From Polynucleobacter necessarius (GTDB lineage Bacteria; Pseudomonadota; Gammaproteobacteria; Burkholderiales; Burkholderiaceae), in the NCBI RefSeq assembly GCF_900095195.1, contig NZ_LT606950.1, positions 456,164 through 488,163 of the forward strand: DNA of 32,000 nt, written 5' to 3'. This document shows positions 1 to 17,741 of this stretch, piece after piece. How positions within the stretch are numbered: the stretch's first letter is position 1; each line of letters starts with the position of its first letter. The position numbers were made by a program, and so were the translations under genes. The notes beneath the pieces are model-generated. The model saw only the letters and a program-made list of their open reading frames with translations, made no database searches and was not told the origin of the DNA.

Positions 1-371
1 CCGGCGGCGAGCGACAACGTATTTCAATTGCGCGCGCTCTGTGTATTTGATGACACACGTATGCCTTACAAAGAGAAGGTGACCGATACCCAATCTTGGT
101 ATGACATCCCAACTTGTAAAGAGCTGGCGTTCCAACCGATTACGTGATGTTGCGCGGTATCTTTATGGCGCCTGGTGTCACGCAAGAGCAAGTCGACTTT
201 TATGTTGAGTTATTCAAAAAAGCTCGCGCTACTCCAGAGTGGAAGGAATTCATGGCTGATGGTGCTTTCAACCAAACTTTCATGACTGGTAAAGAGTTCC
301 GGAATTGGCTCACACTTAACGAGGCTTTGCACAAGCAGTTAATGTCCGAAGCTGGTTTCTTGGCCAAATAA
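1..371 (+). pseudogene. tctC: TctC/Bug-family tripartite tricarboxylate transporter substrate-binding protein, 3' part, frameshifted
   Basis: Frame 1 from nt 1 reads PAASDNVFQLRALCVFDDTRMPYKEKVTDTQSWYDIPTCKELAFQPIT and stops at TGA 145-147. The family-typical C-terminus continues in frame 3 (ORF 144..371: VMLRGIFMAPGVTQEQVDFYVELFKKARATPEWKEF...). This implies a 1-nt frameshift near 142-147. The 5' end lies outside the window. Confidence 0.75.
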
Positions 372-386
372 TATGCAGTAAATACG

Positions 387-416
387 ATAGGACCTCCATT
401 CGGGGTCCTATTTTTT
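387..416 (+). terminator. Rho-independent terminator after tctC
   Basis: A 10-bp stem (ATAGGACCTC / GGGGTCCTAT, one G-U pair) with a 5-nt loop is followed by T6 at 411-416. Confidence 0.75.
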
Positions 417-430
417 AAGTAGGCGTCTTT

Positions 431-856
431 ATGACTGGCAGTATTAAGTTGGGCGCTAGCTGGGGTAGTGATGGTCCCGAAGCTGGCTATTTCCCATTTT
501 ATGTAAGCTTAATCATCATTATTTCGAGTGCTATTATGCTTTATCAAGCGGCAATTGTGAATAAGAAAAAGAAAATGGAATCCTTTGTCGACAAGGAGTC
601 TTTTGGTCAGGTCTTGGCGGTATTGCTCCCCGCATTTGTGTTTGTGCTGGGTGTTCAGCTTATTGGTATTTATGTTTCCTTGTTTGTCTACATTGCCATT
701 TTTATGGTTTGGTTGGGCAAATATCCAATTTGGAAAGCAGTGGCAGTCGCGCTTGGCGTGAGTGCAGCTCTCTACTTCATGTTTGAATATTGGTTCCAGG
801 TTCCAATGCCACACGGCTCATGGATCAACCCACTCGAATTCTTGGGTGTGAATTAA
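431..856 (+). CDS. tctB: TctB-family small membrane subunit of the tripartite tricarboxylate transporter
   Basis: The 141-aa ORF has about four hydrophobic helices and sits between tctC and tctA. It carries the GPxxGYFPF motif region typical of TctB. The frame looks intact. Confidence 0.7.
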   Translation: MTGSIKLGASWGSDGPEAGYFPFYVSLIIIISSAIMLYQAAIVNKKKKMESFVDKESFGQVLAVLLPAFVFVLGVQLIGIYVSLFVYIAIFMVWLGKYPIWKAVAVALGVSAALYFMFEYWFQVPMPHGSWINPLEFLGVN

Positions 857-896
857 ACAATAACTATTAAAAAAGATTAGAAAAAAAGAGTCCAAG

Positions 897-1683
897 TTAG
901 AAGAAATTAGCGCTCTATTCAGCGGCTTTGCCGTTGCAATGACACCCTTTAATTTATTGCTCATGCTCGCTGGTGTAACACTGGGTGTGATCATCGGCGT
1001 TTTGCCTGGTCTTGGTGGTGCGAATGGCATTGCGATTCTGTTGCCGTTGACATTTACGATTCATCATGCTCTCCTGTATCTATTGGGGTGCGTTGTTTGG
1101 TGGTGCAATTACTTCGGTACTGTTCAATATTCCGGGCGAACCCTGGTCGGTAGCGACTACCTTTGATGGTTACCCCATGGCACGTAATGGCAAAGCAGGT
1201 GAAGCATTAACGGCCGCATTTACCTCTTCATTTGTTGGTGCGTTCATTGCGAACGTGATGACCACGTTCTTGGCGCCATTGGTTGCGAAGTTTGCTCTGC
1301 AGTTTGGCCCGCCTGAATTCTTCTCGGTGTACTTGCTGACCTTCTGTAGCTTTGTGGGTATGAACAAGGGCTCACCATTCAAGACCATTTCTGCCATGAT
1401 GCTCGGTTTTGCATTAGCAGCGGTAGGTATGGATACCGTTACCGGTCAATTGCGTTTGACATTCGGTCATGCAGAATTGATGCGCGGTTTTGATTTCTTG
1501 ATCGCGGTGATTGGTTTGTTTGGTATTGGTGAGATTCTTCTCTCAATGGAAGAGGGTCTAGCATTCCAAGGCGCAGCTGCGAAGATTCGTGGCAAGGTCG
1601 TTCTGGAAACATGGAAGCAGTTGCCGAAATACTGGGCGGCTTCATTGCGCAGTTGCTTAATTGGTTGCTGGATGGGTATTTGG
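897..1683 (+). pseudogene. tctA: TctA large permease subunit with probable start loss, small out-of-frame deletion and 3' truncation
   Basis: TctA-like sequence starts at (L)EEISALFSGFAVAMTPFNLLLMLAGVTLGVIIGVLPGLGGANGIAILLPLTFT in frame 0, with TTA 897 where a start would be expected. Near 1058 the homology jumps to frame 1 (FIMLSCIYWGALFGGAITSVLFNIPGEPW...) and about 6 conserved residues are missing. TctA similarity ends at ...CLIGCWMGI (about 1683), roughly half of a normal ~500-aa TctA. Unrelated sequence follows in the same open frame. Confidence 0.85.
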
Positions 1684-1713
1684 ATTAATCAATCTGCAAG
1701 AAGGGCATTTTTA

Positions 1714-2091
1714 GTGAAGCTACCCAAGGATTTGCCTTCAGACGACGCATTGATTCAGGGCTTTGAGGATCAATATCTAGGCTACATTCCCAAAAAGATT
1801 GGTCGCGAACCATTGAAGGAATTGGCAATCTTGCATCGAAAAATAAATGATCTAGAAAAATACAAGCGTCAGCTAGGAACGGGTGTATTTGCATTGATGG
1901 GAAGTGCTGGAATGAGTGTTTTCTCAAAAAGAGAGCTAATAAGCTTGCTCTCTGAGCAGGCTAAATCCTTGAGGCCTGTTTATGCAATGATCGATGAACG
2001 CCTAGAGCACTTAAAGAGTGAGTTGGCTCAAACAAACCAGATCTTTAAGCGTGGCAATGATGCTTGCTATGAAAGAAGGTTAGTGGCATGA
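1714..2091 (+). CDS. Hypothetical soluble protein, unknown family; start uncertain
   Basis: The non-TctA part of ORF 1066..2091 reads VKLPKDLPSDDALIQGFEDQYLGYIPKKIGREPLKELAILHRKINDLEKYKRQ...ACYERRLVA. A possible GTG start at 1714 follows AAGAAGGG. The stop overlaps the next ATG (GCATGAAT, an ATGA overlap). I recognise no family. Confidence 0.3.
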   Translation: MKLPKDLPSDDALIQGFEDQYLGYIPKKIGREPLKELAILHRKINDLEKYKRQLGTGVFALMGSAGMSVFSKRELISLLSEQAKSLRPVYAMIDERLEHLKSELAQTNQIFKRGNDACYERRLVA

Positions 2092-2400
2092 ATAGATTTC
2101 TGCAAAAAATTCCTGGATATCAGGAATATAAGCCTGGGTTAGAGGCCAAAGTATTGAATGAGTTTCCATTATTTACTTTATTGGGTCTACTAGCGATCGC
2201 CTTACCAAGCTATTTGGCCAGATTGGTTCTCTCAAATAGAGGGCAAAGGATCGTGGATATTCTTGTAATAGGAACCGAAATATTTTTTAGGGATGGTCTT
2301 GACCTTAGCGATTGCTGCATTCATTATTAAGCTATCAAAGGGACCAGCCTATATTGCTGATGCATACCCTTTGTATGATTTCGATAAGCCCAAAGATTAG
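2088..2400 (+). pseudogene. Hypothetical two-TM membrane protein, frameshifted at a T6 run
   Basis: ORF 2088..2330 reads MNRFLQKIPGYQEYKPGLEAKVLNEFPLFTLLGLLAIALPSYLARLVL...ILVIGTEIFF. After T-run 2283-2288 a coherent continuation lies in the next frame: GMVLTLAIAAFIIKLSKGPAYIADAYPLYDFDKPKD, ending at TAG 2398-2400. Confidence 0.5.
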
Positions 2401-2433
2401 GTCTTATGGGTTTTTTGGCTGTAGAGTAAAGGC

Positions 2434-2865
2434 ATGCGAAGCTGGTTAATGAAAAGAAATTGTTCGTTTTCGCCAAAACAGGTGGGATTGTTTTATTTAT
2501 CGATTGTGAGTTTTTCACTCTTGGTGGCTTTTTCCTTCCTATTCATTGGGGTGTGGATGATTATCATCTTTATTTCGATTGAGATCATGGCTTTAACCAT
2601 GGCCCTATATGTTTACAGTCGTCATGCACTCGATTATGAAAAGATCACCATTATTGGTAAGCAATTGTTATTTGAGCGCAGTTGGGGAGGCAAAGTACAG
2701 GTAGAGGAATTTAATACTGTCTGGACGAAGTTGGTGCATAAATAGGAAGGTCGTCGGGATTTAGTGCTGGCAACCTCTACAAAAGAAGTTCCGATTGGCT
2801 ACTTTGTCGTTGCCAATCAACAAGAGCAGTTTGAACGAGATCTTGGAAGTTATCTTGGACTTTAA
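2434..2865 (+). pseudogene. DUF2244-family membrane protein with an in-frame TAG
   Basis: MRSWLMKRNCSFSPKQVGLFYLSIVSFSLLVAFSFLFIGVWMIIIFISIEIMALTMALYVYSRHALDYEKITI...NTVWTKLVHK is followed by TAG at 2743-2745. The same frame then reads EGRRDLVLATSTKEVPIGYFVVANQQEQFERDLGSYLGL up to TAA 2863-2865, matching the usual DUF2244 C-terminal layout. Confidence 0.65.
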
Positions 2866-2883
2866 TTTAAATAAGGAGTGGTC

Positions 2884-3342
2884 ATGAAATCCAATGTATT
2901 GGTAATAATGTGTGCAGCTATCGGTATTGCAGTCAGCGGCCTAGCAGTAGCGCAGAATGCTTCAGTAGGCTCGATCAAAATTGAGAATGCCTATACCCGT
3001 GCTACGGCTCCTGGCCAGCAAGTTGCCGGCGGCTTTCTGAAGATTGAAAATAAGGGTGCTGCCGACCAATTGGTTTCTGCAAGCTCCCCAGTAGCAGGTG
3101 AAGTGCAGTTGCATGAAATGGCGATGGAAGGCAATGTCATGAAGATGCGACAAGTTAAGGACATCCCGGTGCCGGCAAACGGATCGGTAGAGCTTAAGCC
3201 AGGCGGTTTGCACATCATGTTTATGAATATCAAGGCGCCATTAGCTGCCGGAGAAACTGTGCCGGTCAAGTTAAAGTTTGCTAAAGCAGGCGATGTTGAA
3301 GTCAAAATGCCCGTGAATGCAACTGCACCCATGAAGCATTAA
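2884..3342 (+). CDS. Periplasmic copper chaperone PCu(A)C (DUF461 family)
   Basis: AGGAG lies 6 nt upstream of ATG 2884. The protein has a signal peptide and an HxM...HxM copper-binding pattern (LHEMAMEGNVMKM...GGLHIMFMN). Confidence 0.85.
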   Translation: MKSNVLVIMCAAIGIAVSGLAVAQNASVGSIKIENAYTRATAPGQQVAGGFLKIENKGAADQLVSASSPVAGEVQLHEMAMEGNVMKMRQVKDIPVPANGSVELKPGGLHIMFMNIKAPLAAGETVPVKLKFAKAGDVEVKMPVNATAPMKH

Positions 3343-3364
3343 CAAGTTCTTAGTTTTGTAAATC

Positions 3365-3393
3365 AAAAGGCCTCTGAAGTTCAGAGGCCTTTA
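3365..3393. terminator. Bidirectional hairpin terminator between the convergent PCu(A)C gene and ilvD
   Basis: A perfect 10-bp stem (AGGCCTCTGA agt TCAGAGGCCT) is flanked by AAA on the 5' side and TTT on the 3' side. Confidence 0.7.
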
Positions 3394-3420
3394 TCATTGG
3401 TGCCGAAGAAATAGTTTGAA

Positions 3421-5115
3421 TCAGCTTAGATTTAAATCCAAATCGGTTACCGCACCTTTGCTAGCACTGCTGGCTAGGCTTGCATACTTCGCTAACAGTC
3501 CGCGGGTATAGCGTGGCTTGGGTTGCTTCCACGCAGCGCGACGCTTGGCAATTTCTTCATCGCTGACATTGAGCTGAATCAGGAGCTTATGAGCATCAAT
3601 GGTTACGGAGTCACCTTCATTAATGAGCGCAATCGTGCCGCCAACATAGGCCTCGGGAGCCACGTGACCAACGACCATCCCCCAGGTGCCACCAGAGAAG
3701 CGACCATCCGTAATAAGACCTACGGATTCACCGAGGCCTTGGCCAACAAGGGCAGATGTCGGAGAGAGCATCTCCCGCATGCCAGGACCGCCTTTAGGGC
3801 CTTCATAGCGAATCACCACGATGTCGCCATCCTTGATCTTTTGAGCCATGATGGCTGCCATCACATCGTCTTCTGAATCAAAGACACGAGCAGGACCAGT
3901 AATAGAGGGGTTCTTCAGTCCGGTAATTTTGGCAACACAGCCTTCGGGAGAGATGTTGCCCTTCAAGATAGCCAAGTGACCTTGTTTGTATAAAGGGTTA
4001 TCTAATGTGCGAATCACTTTTTGATCGGCGCGTGGCACAGAAGGAACGTCTTTTAGAACTTCAGCAATGGTTTTGCCGGTAATGGTCATGCAATCACCAT
4101 GTAATAGGCCGCCATCTAATAAAATCTTCATCACTTGTGGGATGCCGCCTGCTTGATGTAAATCCGTAGCGAGGTAAGTGCCAGAGGGTTTCATATCCAC
4201 GATTGCTGGAACACGTTTACGAATGCGCTCAAAATCATCAATCGTCCAATCGATTTCAGCGGCGCTAGTAATGGCCAAGAAATGCAATACCGCATTGGTT
4301 GATCCACCAACTGCCATGATCACGCTTACGGCGTTCTCAATCGATTTCTTGGTAATGATGTCGCGTGGGCGCAAATTATTCTTAATGGCTTCCACCAAAA
4401 CACGTGCAGACTCAGCAGCGCTAGCGACTTTTTCAGCATCTTCATTCGCCATGGCAGAAGAGTAGGGGAGACTCATGCCGAGGGCCTCAAAGGAAGAGCT
4501 CATCGTGTTAGCGGTATACATACCACCACAGGATCCACTGCCTGGGCAAGCATGTTGCTCAACACCCTTTAGATCCTCTTCACTCATGCGGCCTGAAGTA
4601 AATTCACCAACGGCCTCAAATGCGGAAACAATGTTCAGATCTTTGCCTTTGTAATGACCGGGCTTGATCGTGCCACCATAAACATAAATAGCCGGCACAT
4701 TCGTGCGCGCAATGGCCATCATGCCGCCAGGCATATTTTTATCGCAACCACCAATCGCTATTACACCGTCTTGCCATAAACCATTTACGCAAGTCTCAAT
4801 GCTGTCCGCAATCACCTCGCGTGATACGAGAGAATATTTCATGCCCTCGGTACCCATACCGATGCCATCGGATACGGTAGGTGTACCAAACATCTGCGCT
4901 TTTGCACCCGCTTCTTCTAGCGCAGTGACAACCGCATCACTTAATTTTTGTAAACCGCTATTACAGGGAGTGATTGTGGAGTGGCCATTTGCAACGCCAA
5001 CCATCGGTTTAGAAAAATCCTTTTCTTGATATCCCATGGCGTAATACATCGAGCGGTTAGGCGCGCGAGCGACTCCATCGGTGACCATGCGTGAGCGTTC
5101 ATTAAGGCGTTTCAT
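3421..5115 (-). CDS. ilvD: Dihydroxy-acid dehydratase
   Basis: The 564-aa ORF shows full-length IlvD hallmarks: [57 protein letters not shown]-like [17 protein letters not shown] precedes the ATG. Confidence 0.97.
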   Translation of the reverse strand: MKRLNERSRMVTDGVARAPNRSMYYAMGYQEKDFSKPMVGVANGHSTITPCNSGLQKLSDAVVTALEEAGAKAQMFGTPTVSDGIGMGTEGMKYSLVSREVIADSIETCVNGLWQDGVIAIGGCDKNMPGGMMAIARTNVPAIYVYGGTIKPGHYKGKDLNIVSAFEAVGEFTSGRMSEEDLKGVEQHACPGSGSCGGMYTANTMSSSFEALGMSLPYSSAMANEDAEKVASAAESARVLVEAIKNNLRPRDIITKKSIENAVSVIMAVGGSTNAVLHFLAITSAAEIDWTIDDFERIRKRVPAIVDMKPSGTYLATDLHQAGGIPQVMKILLDGGLLHGDCMTITGKTIAEVLKDVPSVPRADQKVIRTLDNPLYKQGHLAILKGNISPEGCVAKITGLKNPSITGPARVFDSEDDVMAAIMAQKIKDGDIVVIRYEGPKGGPGMREMLSPTSALVGQGLGESVGLITDGRFSGGTWGMVVGHVAPEAYVGGTIALINEGDSVTIDAHKLLIQLNVSDEEIAKRRAAWKQPKPRYTRGLLAKYASLASSASKGAVTDLDLNLS

Positions 5116-5303
5116 GCTTATTACTCCAGAAAAGGTTTATTGCAAAAGGCTCTATTGTGCCGTGAGATGCGTAGTTGTTGCACTGCACAATAATGGGTTT
5201 AACTACACCCAAACCTAAAATAGTAGAAAAGTACTCACCTTCTTTGCATTTTATAGGTAGTATCTTGTACATAACGATTGTTAGCTCGAAGAGACAATAG
5301 AGA

Positions 5304-6299
5304 TTGGTCTATACCCAAAATAAGTTCCCAGCCATTCGTCAAGAGGCTTTTAAAAATGCACGAGAGGCGTTAGGTCTGAGCGTTCAGGATCTCTCGCAAA
5401 TGTCGTGCTACTCGGTACGTCAGATCGAGCAGATCGAGAACGGCGAGTCCAGTTCTTTTTATGGCGCTCAAGTCAAATTTACTGCTGCAAAAAAAGTCGC
5501 TGGCTTATTAAAACTCTCTGAAGAAAATGCCCTCGACTTTAGCGAGGTAAACGCTCTTAAGAAAACTGGGGCATCGACGACTGAGTCATCTGATGTAAAG
5601 GTGCAGGAGAGTGCCGTGCCTCCCGCGCCGCAAAGCGTTTCCGAAAAAGATTCTGTGCCAACAACACCTGCACCAAAACAGAAATCGTTAAAGTTAGAAG
5701 TATTAAGCTCTGCATCTGTAAAGAGTGCTCATCCACAGAAAAAGATTTTCTTGCTTGTGGCAATTGCAGCAGCCTTTGTATTTTCAATTGTGAACTTGCG
5801 CCCATTATTTTTTCCGGAGCCCGTTAAAGAAGAAATTGTGGTGGTGGAAGAAGTGGTGCCGGCGAATCCGCCCACGGATGCTGATGCAAAGAGCGCTCCA
5901 GCAAACTCTGAGCCAGCGGCAGTGGTCGCTTCCGCACCAGCTCCTGTGGCTGCCCCCGTTTCTACTGAATGCCCGCCTGCCGATACCAATGTGGCGACTT
6001 ACAAACCCGATGCTCCGAAAAAAGCAGGGGATATGGTTTATTTACAATCGAAAACGGCACAAACGGTTTGTGTAACCGATGCGAGTGGTAAAACGCAAAA
6101 TAAAACATTAGAGCCTGGCGTTGGTGCCAGTGTTTACGGCAAGCCGCCATTCAAGGTGTTGACGACTGGACAGGCGGCGGTAGATTTGTTTTATCAGGGC
6201 GCTAAGGTGCGCTTATCTAATACGGTTAATAAAACGATCTTATTGGAGTCAGATGAAATCATTCAGCCGATTAGTTCGACAGATTCTCAGTTACGCTAA
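5304..6299 (+). CDS. RodZ-like HTH membrane protein (N-terminal XRE-type HTH, single TM, C-terminal DUF4115-like domain)
   Basis: The N-terminus AREALGLSVQDLSQMSCYSVRQIEQIENGE is an HTH. A low-complexity Pro/Ala linker and the TM helix IFLLVAIAAAFVFSIVNL follow. The C-terminal beta domain reads VYLQSKTAQTVCVTDASGKT...FKVLTTGQAAVDLFYQGAKV. The start (TTG 5304) is uncertain. Confidence 0.6.
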   Translation: MVYTQNKFPAIRQEAFKNAREALGLSVQDLSQMSCYSVRQIEQIENGESSSFYGAQVKFTAAKKVAGLLKLSEENALDFSEVNALKKTGASTTESSDVKVQESAVPPAPQSVSEKDSVPTTPAPKQKSLKLEVLSSASVKSAHPQKKIFLLVAIAAAFVFSIVNLRPLFFPEPVKEEIVVVEEVVPANPPTDADAKSAPANSEPAAVVASAPAPVAAPVSTECPPADTNVATYKPDAPKKAGDMVYLQSKTAQTVCVTDASGKTQNKTLEPGVGASVYGKPPFKVLTTGQAAVDLFYQGAKVRLSNTVNKTILLESDEIIQPISSTDSQLR

Positions 6300-6334
6300 G
6301 GTTGTATTGGCGTCCTGAGAACCTATTCGCAGAT

Positions 6335-8376
<2,042 letters not shown>

Positions 8377-8420
8377 TCCGAATCACAAAGCCTTTGCTAG
8401 ATAGAAAATAAAAAACGAAA

Positions 8421-8957
8421 TTACGCGTGTTCTTTGTTGTAACGCTCAATACCTTCCAGAATTTCTTTATGAGCCTCAGCAACACCACCCCAGCCTTTTA
8501 CTTTGACCCATTTACCTTTTTCGAGATCTTTGTAGTGCTCGAAGAAGTGTTGGATCTGATCCAAGCGCAATGGGTTCATATCTTCTGGCTTTTGCCAGTG
8601 GGTGTAGATAGGCAAAATCTTATCTTCTGGAACAGCTAAAAGTTTGGCGTCTTGGCCTGCTTCATCTTCCATTAACAAAATACCAATCGCACGGCAGCTA
8701 ACAACCACACCTGGAATTAATGGGAAAGGCGTAATCACGAGGACGTCAACTGGGTCGCCATCACCAGCAATCGTTTTATTGATGTAACCATAGTTACATG
8801 GGTAATGCATTGAAGTACCCATAAATCGGTCTACGAATATGGCGCCACTTTCTTTATCCACTTCATACTTGATTGGATCCGCGTTCATAGGGATTTCAAT
8901 AATGACGTTGAAGCTCTCAGGGATCTTTTTGCCTGTCTTGACGTTGTCGAGACTCAT
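8421..8957 (-). CDS. ppa: Soluble inorganic pyrophosphatase
   Basis: The 178-aa ORF carries family I PPase motifs ([29 protein letters not shown]) and is intact. Confidence 0.95.
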   Translation of the reverse strand: MSLDNVKTGKKIPESFNVIIEIPMNADPIKYEVDKESGAIFVDRFMGTSMHYPCNYGYINKTIAGDGDPVDVLVITPFPLIPGVVVSCRAIGILLMEDEAGQDAKLLAVPEDKILPIYTHWQKPEDMNPLRLDQIQHFFEHYKDLEKGKWVKVKGWGGVAEAHKEILEGIERYNKEHA

Positions 8958-9127
8958 AAATACTCCGATATAGATTAGTAAATACCCTGATCCTGGATAG
9001 GGGGCGCAGGGGTGATTCTGCTACATACTGATACAGCTTAAAGACATAGTTTAAAGCTTTCAGAAACCAGGTCTACCTAAGCGCTAGTAATACAAAACAA
9101 TAAAGGTCAACTTTAGGGAGTTCAAGC

Positions 9128-11119
<1,992 letters not shown>

Positions 11120-11144
11120 GCATTGTGTAATTGCTGCAGCAGTA

Positions 11145-11179
11145 ACAATCAAAAACGCCTAGCAATGCTAGGCGTTTTT
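11145..11179. terminator. Hairpin terminator, copy 1 of a ~35-bp direct repeat
   Basis: The sequence is acaatcaaAAACGCCTAGCAaTGCTAGGCGTTTTT. An 8-bp stem is flanked by an A-run and a T-run, so it looks bidirectional. It is nearly identical to 11727-11761. Confidence 0.75.
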
Positions 11180-11231
11180 GTTGATGTGAAGCGCTTGACA
11201 ATGGGTAGTTCATTGAACTACTATTGAGTCA

Positions 11232-11407
11232 ATGAATTTTGAATGGGATTTGGCTAAAAGTAACGCATGCCAAATTTCCCGAAATTTCGATTTTGCATTG
11301 TAGTTGTTTTTACCAAAAGACAAAATGCCATTCGAATTATTTCGGCCAGAAGAGCTAACAGTAGGGAGGTCAAGCGTTATGAAAAAAATTGTGCGGGTAA
11401 AAGTTGA
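11232..11407 (+). pseudogene. BrnT (DUF497) type II toxin remnant: middle deleted, frameshifted
   Basis: The N-terminal fragment MNFEWDLAKSNACQISRNFDFAL ends at TAG 11301-11303 (FEWDxxK is the DUF497 start motif). The C-terminal fragment in another frame, VVVFTKRQNAIRIISARRANSREVKRYEK, matches the DUF497 IRIISARxA motif. About 30-40 central residues are absent. Confidence 0.7.
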
Positions 11408-11720
11408 TCTAAATAACCCTAAAAGCTTCCCCAAAGGCTTTGTGAATAAAAAGTTGCTTGATGAAACTACTGAACGCCTTATTCGCCAGCATCAAAAAGA
11501 GGATGATGCCGAGGCAATGCAGGATGCGGCAAAGTATGCAAAACGTGTGCGTGAGCGCATTGGATTATCCCAACAGGAATTCTCAAATCGAATTGAGGTA
11601 TCCCTCGAAACCATTCGCAATTGGGAGCAAGGTAAACGTTGTCCAACTGGCGCTGCTAAGGCTTTATTAAAGATTCTAGATCGCGCCCCTGAGGTTGCTC
11701 TCCTAGCTTTGGGTATTTAA
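11379..11720 (+). CDS. XRE/COG2944-type HTH antitoxin-like protein downstream of the BrnT remnant
   Basis: GGGAGG lies 8 nt before ATG 11379. The 113-aa protein has the C-terminus IGLSQQEFSNRIEVSLETIRNWEQGKRCPTGAAKALLKILDRAPE, typical of the HTH antitoxin class. The frame is intact. Confidence 0.7.
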   Translation: MKKIVRVKVDLNNPKSFPKGFVNKKLLDETTERLIRQHQKEDDAEAMQDAAKYAKRVRERIGLSQQEFSNRIEVSLETIRNWEQGKRCPTGAAKALLKILDRAPEVALLALGI

Positions 11721-11726
11721 GTAGGC

Positions 11727-11761
11727 ACAAACAGAAACGCCTAGCATTGCTAGGCGTTTTT
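11727..11761. terminator. Hairpin terminator, copy 2 of the ~35-bp direct repeat
   Basis: The sequence is acaaacagAAACGCCTAGCAtTGCTAGGCGTTTTT. It differs from copy 1 at 3 positions, one of them in the loop. It lies 23 nt from the trxB stop. Confidence 0.75.
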
Positions 11762-11783
11762 TTATTAACTACTCTTAACTAAC

Positions 11784-15092
<3,309 letters not shown>

Positions 15093-15095
15093 GGT

Positions 15096-17146
<2,051 letters not shown>

Positions 17147-17169
17147 TTTTGATTGGTAGACTTTCTGAA

Positions 17170-17552
17170 ATGAATCGACTCTTCAGCAATCTCATTTGGG
17201 TTAGCGCCATCATGATTGCTCAAGACGTTTTTGCTATCGAGAAAACCTATCGATGCGAGGTTCTGAGTGACGCTTATATTAAAACTAACGGAGAGCTAGC
17301 CGTTATTTAGGATAGCCCTAGAGTCGGTCAAGAATTTGCGGTGTTCAAAAGAACTGGCGAGGTGATTGGAGATGTGATTGACTCTCTAAAAACCCGAAGA
17401 TAATTGCCTCTGGCAGTAGCAGTAACGCATACAAAGTTATTTGGGTGCAAAAGTCTGCTGGTAAAAATGGTGCATTTGTTGATTATCTAAGTATCGAAGA
17501 GTTTGTATCCAGCAGTAAAAAGCCCTTTGGGTTTTTTCTGGTGGACTGTTAA
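17170..17552 (+). pseudogene. Small secreted hypothetical protein with an in-frame TAG and one frameshift
   Basis: ATG 17170 opens MNRLFSNLIWVSAIMIAQDVFAIEKTYRCEVLSDAYIKTNGELAVI, then TAG at 17308-17310. The same frame continues DSPRVGQEFAVFKRTGEVIGDVIDSLK. After a shift near 17388 the text reads NPKIIASGSSSNAYKVIWVQKSAGKNGAFVDYLSIEEFVSSSKKPFGFFLVDC, ending at TAA 17550-17552. Every piece is too short to appear in the ORF track. Confidence 0.5.
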
Positions 17553-17626
17553 TGACTGGCGTTTGCCAGCAATAGCAGGCATTATTATTTCCAGCAGGTT
17601 TAAAGTTGTATAAGCCTGTAGGCATC

Positions 17627-17716
17627 GGAGAGGTGGCAGAGTGGTTGAATGTACCGCACTCGAAATGCGGCGTAGGATAAAACCTATCGAGGGTTCGAAT
17701 CCCTCCCTCTCCGCCA
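17627..17716 (+). tRNA. tRNA-Ser (anticodon CGA)
   Basis: The sequence is GGAGAGGTGGCAGAGTGGTTGAATGTACCGCACTCGAAATGCGGCGTAGGATAAAACCTATCGAGGGTTCGAATCCCTCCCTCTCCGCCA. The acceptor stem is GGAGAGG/CCTCTCC and the anticodon stem is CCGCA/TGCGG with loop CTCGAAA. It has a long variable arm, a GTTCGAAT T-loop and an encoded CCA. Confidence 0.95.
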
Positions 17717-17741
17717 AATGCTATTTAATTCAGATAAATTC

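Noticed and set aside
1066-2091. 341-aa ORF that could be taken as a single protein
   Set aside because: Only the first ~205 residues are TctA-like. The remainder is unrelated sequence that happens to stay in frame after a truncation junction at about 1683. I treat it as a tctA pseudogene plus a separate or uncertain downstream unit.
2283-2288. Programmed ribosomal frameshifting at homopolymer runs (T6 at 2283, C6 at 25543, G4 at 19645/26838)
   Set aside because: No slippery heptamer or downstream structure context is present. The affected genes are not known recoding targets. The window is full of non-homopolymer lesions (deletions, nonsense codons, an inversion), so decay, or possibly sequencing error at homopolymers, is the more economical explanation.
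17437-17717. Minus-strand ORFs of 62 and 76 aa
   Set aside because: They overlap the antisense of tRNA-Ser and of the plus-strand pseudogene, and are not credible coding regions.
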